64,000 nucleotides of DNA from an uncultured Bdellovibrionales bacterium (lineage in GTDB: Bacteria > Patescibacteriota > Minisyncoccia > Moranbacterales > UBA1568). The notes beneath the pieces are model-generated. The model did no database searches, was not told where the DNA came from, and worked only from the letters and a program-made list of their open reading frames with translations. Of this stretch, positions 58,111-64,000 are shown piece after piece. Position 1 is the first letter of the stretch. Every line of letters begins with the position of its first letter. A program made the position numbers and the translations under genes. The DNA lies in contig CAZQLN010000001.1 of assembly GCA_964594215.1 (NCBI GenBank), positions 39,638 through 103,637 of the forward strand, read 5' to 3'.

Positions 58111-58797
58111 ATGTCACAAGAACTTAGACTTCGCTTGGTTGAGAATACTCAGCCCAAGTGTGGTGGGGACGCCAGGATTATTTTTTTGAATGGCTTTGTC
58201 GGAAGGGAAGTGCGTCAGGGATTCTTCGGAGGATCTGCCGCTGACAATAGCCGTATCAAGAAACGTCTTCTCAATGAGCGGGTGACTCAGGTTGTCGACC
58301 GCTATCAAAAACTCAAGGCTACCACGGAGGACATAGACATGGTCTTTGTGGTTGGCGAAAGAAGGCTTCAGTCTCATGGGGCAGCGGAGATCATTCGGCG
58401 GCTTGAGAAACGAGGGATTCCCATTGAAAGACTCGCTTTTTGTGGTGATGCGAGTAGCCTAGTTGAAGCTACTCAGTTGTTTTTTTATCGGGCGATCGAA
58501 GAATACCCCGGACGTGGTTTGCGAACGCACATTGCCACGCATCCACATTGGTATGATCGTACCAGACACTTCCTCGAAGAATACGACAGACACGTATCAG
58601 TGGGAACATTTGTTCTTATTTTGCAGGCATGTTTTCCAACCCAAGAAAGAGACGGGGAAGAATATACGGGTTACACGCCAAATATCTCTGAACGGATACG
58701 TGAATGGTGGCGTGGCGATCGGTGGGGAGGTGATAAGCGGAATGTACAGCATGATTTTCATGCGTTCACGAAACGCACTTTCCTCAGTCATTCATAG
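58111..58797 (+). CDS. hypothetical protein, possibly divergent YdcF/ElyC (DUF218)-like
   Basis: LEKRGIP..RL....AS...EA..LF and IATH..W..R resemble DUF218 spacing; TTGACA promoter at 58026. Confidence 0.55.
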   Translation: MSQELRLRLVENTQPKCGGDARIIFLNGFVGREVRQGFFGGSAADNSRIKKRLLNERVTQVVDRYQKLKATTEDIDMVFVVGERRLQSHGAAEIIRRLEKRGIPIERLAFCGDASSLVEATQLFFYRAIEEYPGRGLRTHIATHPHWYDRTRHFLEEYDRHVSVGTFVLILQACFPTQERDGEEYTGYTPNISERIREWWRGDRWGGDKRNVQHDFHAFTKRTFLSHS

Positions 58798-58829
58798 AAG
58801 TGACTACCACTTTAAGGGCTCGACGAGTA

Positions 58830-59540
58830 TTACTCGCTCGAGCCTTTTTCTTTTGCTAAAACAATCCATAAGCAGAGCGTGACACTTCCCAAGAATACTG
58901 AAGTCATGAGTATCAACAGGGGAAGACCTTTGATAAAATCCGGTTTGTATTGAGACATGCGCTCGATGAGGCGCCAGAGATCAGAAAAAAAATTACCGGA
59001 TGAATAGGCTGGTCGCATCTGGAGAGTTTCGTTTTCATGAAGCTTGTTTTTAGCTACTAGGGTATAACTCCGATCAGAGAATTCACTGGTATGGATGTAG
59101 GGAGCCTCACTGCTCTTACGATCATAGGGAGATGTGTAAGTGATGTAGGTACAATAACTTTGTCCCTGAGAATTGGCGATACGTGGGAAATGAAAACGGG
59201 TGTAGATAGAAGGCCTAAGTCTTAGAGAAGTCCTGCTATCAGCAGTAATGGTTTGTGTACAGGTCGCATCACGAAGTTCGAAACGAAGAGCTTCTCCTGG
59301 CCAGAGGTTAAGATTACCGATATGATATTTGATTTCTGAAAGACCATTTTCCTCTGCTACGAAAATCTGAGAAATAGGCTTATTAATGGTCAATCTCTCA
59401 CGATCTTTTTTACCTAAAAAATTATAGTCAGAATCAGGAAATGCTAGGTTTGAAGCAAAACTGATACTAATACACCAAAGCCCTATGAGAAAGCCTCCTA
59501 GGAGCATTTTTTGACTTGTAGTGAGCTTGTAGGAGGTCAT
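58830..59540 (-). CDS. hypothetical protein with N- and C-terminal TM and a beta-rich extracellular domain
   Basis: 236 aa, 2 nt downstream of the GT-C gene. Confidence 0.7.
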   Translation of the reverse strand: MTSYKLTTSQKMLLGGFLIGLWCISISFASNLAFPDSDYNFLGKKDRERLTINKPISQIFVAEENGLSEIKYHIGNLNLWPGEALRFELRDATCTQTITADSRTSLRLRPSIYTRFHFPRIANSQGQSYCTYITYTSPYDRKSSEAPYIHTSEFSDRSYTLVAKNKLHENETLQMRPAYSSGNFFSDLWRLIERMSQYKPDFIKGLPLLILMTSVFLGSVTLCLWIVLAKEKGSSE

Positions 59541-59542
59541 AA

Positions 59543-60997
59543 TTAGAGATAATAACGGGGAATAATGACATTAAAAATGGCGTAGAGACAAAGGAAGATC
59601 ATACCGATAGTGAGAGCTTTGAGAAGGGTGATGAATTGGGCTTTATTTTTGGTTATGAGAAAACCAAGGCCAGTGACGAGAATAATGAGGTGAGGTATCA
59701 GCGTAGGAAGAAAATAGCGACCAGGAGTACCAATCAGGATCTTACCGGTGGTGTCGAAGACTCGCCAATCATAGAGGCGGATAGCTAGCTGGAGGAGAAA
59801 GACTATCCCAAGAGAGAGGATGATGATAGATTTTTTTGGTAGATAGTCTTTAGTTTTTTTAGAAAAGAAGAAAAGAATAATTCCAAGCCAGGCGATAAGC
59901 TCTATGAGGGTGATGGCATGAAGAAGTGTAGTGCTTATCTTGGCATCGAGCCAACCGAAGTGACCCCAATATGATGCATGGGTACGGAGAAGAGCATCAG
60001 TGCTAATAGTCTTATCAAAGTAGGTAGTAAGGGACTCTAGTGGTGAGATGAAATGTGACTGCGGTACAAGGCGAGTAATAGAGGCAAAGTAACCTTTTGG
60101 TACTAAGAATAAAAGTGATAAAGAAAAAAGAACGCTCAAGAAAAGAGAAAGTTTCAGAAAATTCAAACGATCTAAATGATAGTGTCTTTGGATGAGAAAT
60201 AGATAGAAAATACAAACAAGAGGTATAAGAACTACGCCGGGCCCTTTTGAGAAAAAAGCGAGGAATAGAGATAAAAGAAGTAGGAGGTGGAATATTTTAG
60301 AAGAAGGTCTTCTTAAGAGGGTCACTAAAGTGAAGAAACACAGGGTGAAAGAAAAGATGAGTGCGATGTCAATATTAACTATAGTTCCTGTAGCCAATAG
60401 CATTGGCTGAAAAGCTACAAGGAGAGTAAAAAGAGCTTGCTCAAGGGATGAAGAAAATATTTTCTGCGCTACCTGGTAGGTAAGTATGATCACTCCAAGA
60501 TAGAGAATCAGAGAAAAGAGTCGCATTAGGAAGAATCGTTCCGAGAAATGAAGATAACTAAATATTTTCTCACTAAGACTTGTGAGTGTGTAGTAAAAAG
60601 AGATTGTACCAGAAGTATTTGGAGGAGAAAGAGTCAGATAGCGTTTATAAGTTTTCTGTTCAAATGAATCCTCATTAATACCAATGATACCAGTAGGGGA
60701 GAAGCTTTGAGTGTTCTCACTTTGCCACTTGAGTTCATCGAATTGGTTTAATTTCCCTCCAGCAATAGTTTCATCAGAAAGATGATAGCTCGTGATGTCA
60801 TCGATGAGGGCTACATTTCTCTGTTCGGTGATAGACCAAGATTTCTCTTGGGGTTCTGCTTGATATTGTATGGTACCATAGTGGATCTGCTCATCAGGAC
60901 CTTGATAAACAGGAACAAGAAACACGAAAAACACCCCTACAAGGGTGATAATCACGAGAATAAAAACACGATACATGTTTGATTGATGGTCACGCAT
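59543..60997 (-). CDS. GT-C fold glycosyltransferase (DUF2142/PMT-like)
   Basis: P...PDE..H motif after TM1, RLFS, N.D, K, GRYFLP; many TMs. Confidence 0.8.
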   Translation of the reverse strand: MRDHQSNMYRVFILVIITLVGVFFVFLVPVYQGPDEQIHYGTIQYQAEPQEKSWSITEQRNVALIDDITSYHLSDETIAGGKLNQFDELKWQSENTQSFSPTGIIGINEDSFEQKTYKRYLTLSPPNTSGTISFYYTLTSLSEKIFSYLHFSERFFLMRLFSLILYLGVIILTYQVAQKIFSSSLEQALFTLLVAFQPMLLATGTIVNIDIALIFSFTLCFFTLVTLLRRPSSKIFHLLLLLSLFLAFFSKGPGVVLIPLVCIFYLFLIQRHYHLDRLNFLKLSLFLSVLFSLSLLFLVPKGYFASITRLVPQSHFISPLESLTTYFDKTISTDALLRTHASYWGHFGWLDAKISTTLLHAITLIELIAWLGIILFFFSKKTKDYLPKKSIIILSLGIVFLLQLAIRLYDWRVFDTTGKILIGTPGRYFLPTLIPHLIILVTGLGFLITKNKAQFITLLKALTIGMIFLCLYAIFNVIIPRYYL

Positions 60998-61059
60998 GAG
61001 TGTAGTATAATATAAAAACTGAAAAGAGCCGATTGGTGATTTTTAAGAAAGATTTACTT

Positions 61060-62022
61060 ATGAATAATAAAACAGTGTTGGTAACTGGTTGTGCTGGCTT
61101 TATAGGTTCAAATTTGTGTGAAGAACTTGTTAGCCGGGGTTGGAATGTGATTGGTCTGGATAATCTCATGACAGGTTACCGTCATAATATTTCCCATCTT
61201 GAAACCAAAGACAATTTTAAGTTTATCTGGGGAGATGTTCGTAATATTGATAGCCTACGCACTATTCTTCAAGAACAGAAGGTTACACATATTTCTCACC
61301 AGGCGGCTCGTGGGAGTGTACCGAAAAGCGTTGAAGATCCCATTCTTTCTAATGAGATCAATGTGACAGGGACATTGAATCTGTTATGGGCAGCCAAAGA
61401 AGCCGGAGTACAGAAATTCGTTTGTGCTATTTCTTCATCGGTTTACGGTAATACGCCGACCCTGCCAAAGGTAGAGACTATGCCTTATAATGCTCTCTCA
61501 CCCTATGCAATCACGAAGGCAACTAAGGAGATGTACTGTACCGCTTTCTATAATCTTTATGCTCTACCAACTATAGGACTGCGCTACTTTAATGTGTATG
61601 GTCGTCGTCAAGATCCGAATGGCGATTATGCGGCGGTTATTCCTCGTTGGATTACCAAGGCTTTTGCTCATGAGGATCTTCCTATGAACGGTGACGGGAA
61701 ACAAACACGAGATTTTACGTATATTGACGATGTGGTGGAGGCTAATATCTTGGCTCTTGAGACAGAAAACGAGCAAGCTTTTGGTAAAGGTATGAATATC
61801 GGTTATTCTGGTCGCATTGATATTACTACGTTAGCTGAGAATATTCTTAAGCTGACTAACTCAAAAGCAAAAATAGCTTATAGTCCTGCACGTAAGGGTG
61901 ATGTTCAAGATTCATATGCAGATGTTAGTTTAGCGAAGAACCTTCTGGGCTATGATCCTCAAACAGATATCAAAGAGGGTCTTAAAAAAACAATTGAATG
62001 GTACAAGGAATCAGTGGGATAG
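61060..62022 (+). CDS. NAD-dependent UDP-sugar 4-epimerase (WbpP-like SDR)
   Basis: TGCAGFIGS, HQAARGSVPKS, SSSVYG, YAITK, RYFNVYGRRQDP.G.YAAVIP. Confidence 0.9.
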   Translation: MNNKTVLVTGCAGFIGSNLCEELVSRGWNVIGLDNLMTGYRHNISHLETKDNFKFIWGDVRNIDSLRTILQEQKVTHISHQAARGSVPKSVEDPILSNEINVTGTLNLLWAAKEAGVQKFVCAISSSVYGNTPTLPKVETMPYNALSPYAITKATKEMYCTAFYNLYALPTIGLRYFNVYGRRQDPNGDYAAVIPRWITKAFAHEDLPMNGDGKQTRDFTYIDDVVEANILALETENEQAFGKGMNIGYSGRIDITTLAENILKLTNSKAKIAYSPARKGDVQDSYADVSLAKNLLGYDPQTDIKEGLKKTIEWYKESVG

Positions 62023-62084
62023 AAGCTATTTTGGTTATTCATAAAATACGTAGTATAATAAGATGGCTTTAAAAAGCCATTTTT

Positions 62085-62942
62085 ATGAATAAAGAGAACA
62101 AAGGGAGAATTCTCTTGCTAGGGGGAGAAGGTTTTATTGGAAGAAATTTAGCGCTTTATTTTGCTCCGACCTATGATTGTTTTTCTTGTGGAGACAAGAA
62201 ATCCTTATTTAGTGAAAGACAAGATATCTTTATTTCAGGTAATCCCTATAAGGATACTCTCAATTATAGAGTGGATGTCATTATCCATCTCATAGATAAC
62301 AAAGAGTGTTCGGCTGAGAGTTTTCTTGAAGAAGAGAAAAGACTAATTGAGAACATCTCTTTGGATAGTGATATCCATCTAATAATTTTCTCTTCAGCGG
62401 TATTATATGCCAATCCTGACAGTGAATATGGCATGAGAAAAAAAAGACTCGAAGATTTTTACGTACAGTATTGTCGGGAACACGGTATTCCCCTTACTAT
62501 TATTAGACTCTTCAATACTTTTGGATCATTCCAGATACCATACAGGCAGGGAAGTTTAGTGGCCAATCTCATTTATGATCATCTCCTTTCTATTCCTACA
62601 GAAATTCAGGATCTGTCTGCTAAGAGAGATTTCTTATATGCTGGCGATATCCCAAAGTTCGTAGAGCTCTTTATCAAAGAGAAGATCACAGGAACGTATG
62701 ATTTAGGGAGAGGAAAACTCACTTCTCTTAGAGAAGTGATCGCGATGCTTGAAGAGCAAATGGAGGGAGAAGTTTTGAAGATTATCAACCGCAATAACTC
62801 AGAATCGCTCACTATTCAGCCAGCTGATAACCCTTTTCTGAGTAGAGTTAATTTGACTCCTATGTCACAAGCAGTATTGGAAACGATCAATTTTTTTCGG
62901 AATAATAGAGCTATAGTACAAACATATGTTGCAAAAAAGTGA
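62085..62942 (+). CDS. NAD-dependent epimerase/dehydratase
   Basis: GGEGFIG, SS, YGMRK, RLFNTFG, RDFLY. Confidence 0.82.
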   Translation: MNKENKGRILLLGGEGFIGRNLALYFAPTYDCFSCGDKKSLFSERQDIFISGNPYKDTLNYRVDVIIHLIDNKECSAESFLEEEKRLIENISLDSDIHLIIFSSAVLYANPDSEYGMRKKRLEDFYVQYCREHGIPLTIIRLFNTFGSFQIPYRQGSLVANLIYDHLLSIPTEIQDLSAKRDFLYAGDIPKFVELFIKEKITGTYDLGRGKLTSLREVIAMLEEQMEGEVLKIINRNNSESLTIQPADNPFLSRVNLTPMSQAVLETINFFRNNRAIVQTYVAKK

Positions 62943-64000
62943 ATGTAAGAATGTCTTGATTATTGGTGCCGGTAATGCCGGTAAGCTTTTGGAAAAGGAT
63001 ATTAAAAAGCACCATCCACTCTTGCGGGTAGTTGGTTTTGTCGACGATAAAATACAGATCAAGGGTAAGGTTGTTGGTAAGATTGATGCTATTCCAAGGT
63101 TGTTACATACTTACAAAGTAGATGAAATCATTATCGCTATCCCCTCAACAGATGGGAGTTTGGTACGGAAAATTGTTCTTTTGAACTTGAAAAACCGTAT
63201 TCCTATTAAGATGATTCCTCGAAGTCAGGAAGTTGTTACTAAGAATACTGTTTCTTATGGCAAAGTAAAAGATCTAGAAACAGAAGATTTTCTGGGCAGG
63301 CCTTTTATCCGCGATAACGTGGAACAGCTTAAGTCTTTTTACAAAGGGAAAACGATCTTCATTACTGGGGGAGCGGGCTCAATTGGATCGGAAATAGTCT
63401 TTCAGCTTCTTGATCTTGATGTTAAAAAAGTTGTTGTTTATGATAATTCGGAGTACCTCATTTTCCTTCTGGAACAGAACCTTAAAGAGAGGGGACAACT
63501 TGAACGTTGTGATCTTATTGTAGGTAATATTCTTTATGAACATAAACTTCTTGCTCTGCTTAAAAAAATAAAACCAGACATCGTGTTTCATGTAGCTGCC
63601 TATAAGCATGTCCATCTCATGAACGATAACATTGATCAAGCTATTTATAATAATGTAGTTGGCACCAAGAGGATTATTGACGCTACTATTGAGGCAAAAG
63701 TAAAGTTATTCACATTTATCTCTACAGATAAGGTAGTCAATCCAACAAGCGTGATGGGTGCCACAAAGAAGATTTGCGAGTTTTATATTAAAAACATAAA
63801 AAGTAAAGATACTCAGTTTAATATTGTGAGATTTGGTAATGTAATCAATTCTAATGGTTCAGCGCTCCCGCTTTTTGAAAGACAGATGCGTCTCCATCGC
63901 TATATTACAGTGACTCACCGAAAAATGATGCGTTTTTTTATGTCAATTCGTGAAGCGGCTCAACTTGTTATCAAGAGTACGAGTCAAGGTAATACCTCTG
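62926..64000 (+). CDS. CapD/PglF-family nucleotide-sugar dehydratase, truncated by the window end (not in the ORF track)
   Basis: My translation: MLQKSECKNVLIIGAGNAG..., GFVDD, EDFLGR, ITGGAGSIGSE, HVAAYKHV, STDKVVNPTSVMGATK, VRFGNV. Confidence 0.9.
   Translation, partial: MLQKSECKNVLIIGAGNAGKLLEKDIKKHHPLLRVVGFVDDKIQIKGKVVGKIDAIPRLLHTYKVDEIIIAIPSTDGSLVRKIVLLNLKNRIPIKMIPRSQEVVTKNTVSYGKVKDLETEDFLGRPFIRDNVEQLKSFYKGKTIFITGGAGSIGSEIVFQLLDLDVKKVVVYDNSEYLIFLLEQNLKERGQLERCDLIVGNILYEHKLLALLKKIKPDIVFHVAAYKHVHLMNDNIDQAIYNNVVGTKRIIDATIEAKVKLFTFISTDKVVNPTSVMGATKKICEFYIKNIKSKDTQFNIVRFGNVINSNGSALPLFERQMRLHRYITVTHRKMMRFFMSIREAAQLVIKSTSQGNTS

Noticed and set aside
1-64000. CRISPR array or cas locus
   Set aside because: No regularly spaced repeats seen; the Cas4-like motif in the DUF2779 protein has no cas neighbours
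1-64000. Alternative genetic code (TGA as Gly, code 25)
   Set aside because: Long conserved genes are intact under code 11 and TGA ends genes with ATGA overlaps (4398, 17648, 20733, 23499)

Overview
Bacterial chromosome segment in genetic code 11. The gene repertoire (DUF4012, DUF2779, Pif1, short UvrC, fragmented dcw cluster, type IV pilus minor-pilin/pilMNO block, mostly Shine-Dalgarno-less core genes) suggests a Patescibacteria/CPR (Parcubacteria-like) genome; this is inference. The + strand backbone carries DNA repair genes (DEDDh exonuclease, Pif1, uvrC, uvrA, xth, recJ, rnhA), T4aP genes, RNA modification genes (rlmN, miaB, rsmH), mraZ-rsmH-ftsL-ftsI-murF, nucleotide-sugar and envelope genes, lepA, trxA, mltG, dnaJ with a CIRCE operator, and RNase P RNA. 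Orphan genes are interspersed, most with their own TTGAC-N17 promoter, strong SD and terminator. Most notable: two diverged copies (43893-44026 on -, 44701-44843 on +) of a ~135-145 nt structured element I do not recognise. They share five ordered motifs (GCGCG, GCATGG, GAGCGA, loop CGCTGG, GGTAG) but have different stem sequences, and they flank an orphan gene in inverted orientation between murJ and lepA. Also notable: two tandem orphan cassettes sharing promoter/leader/terminator parts, a candidate multi-hairpin sRNA (6075-6218), a rod-like 133-nt hairpin (38781-38913), and an Flp pilin missed by the ORF track. No CRISPR array, tRNA, rRNA, transposase or integrase was seen. All product calls come from motif recognition, not database searches.
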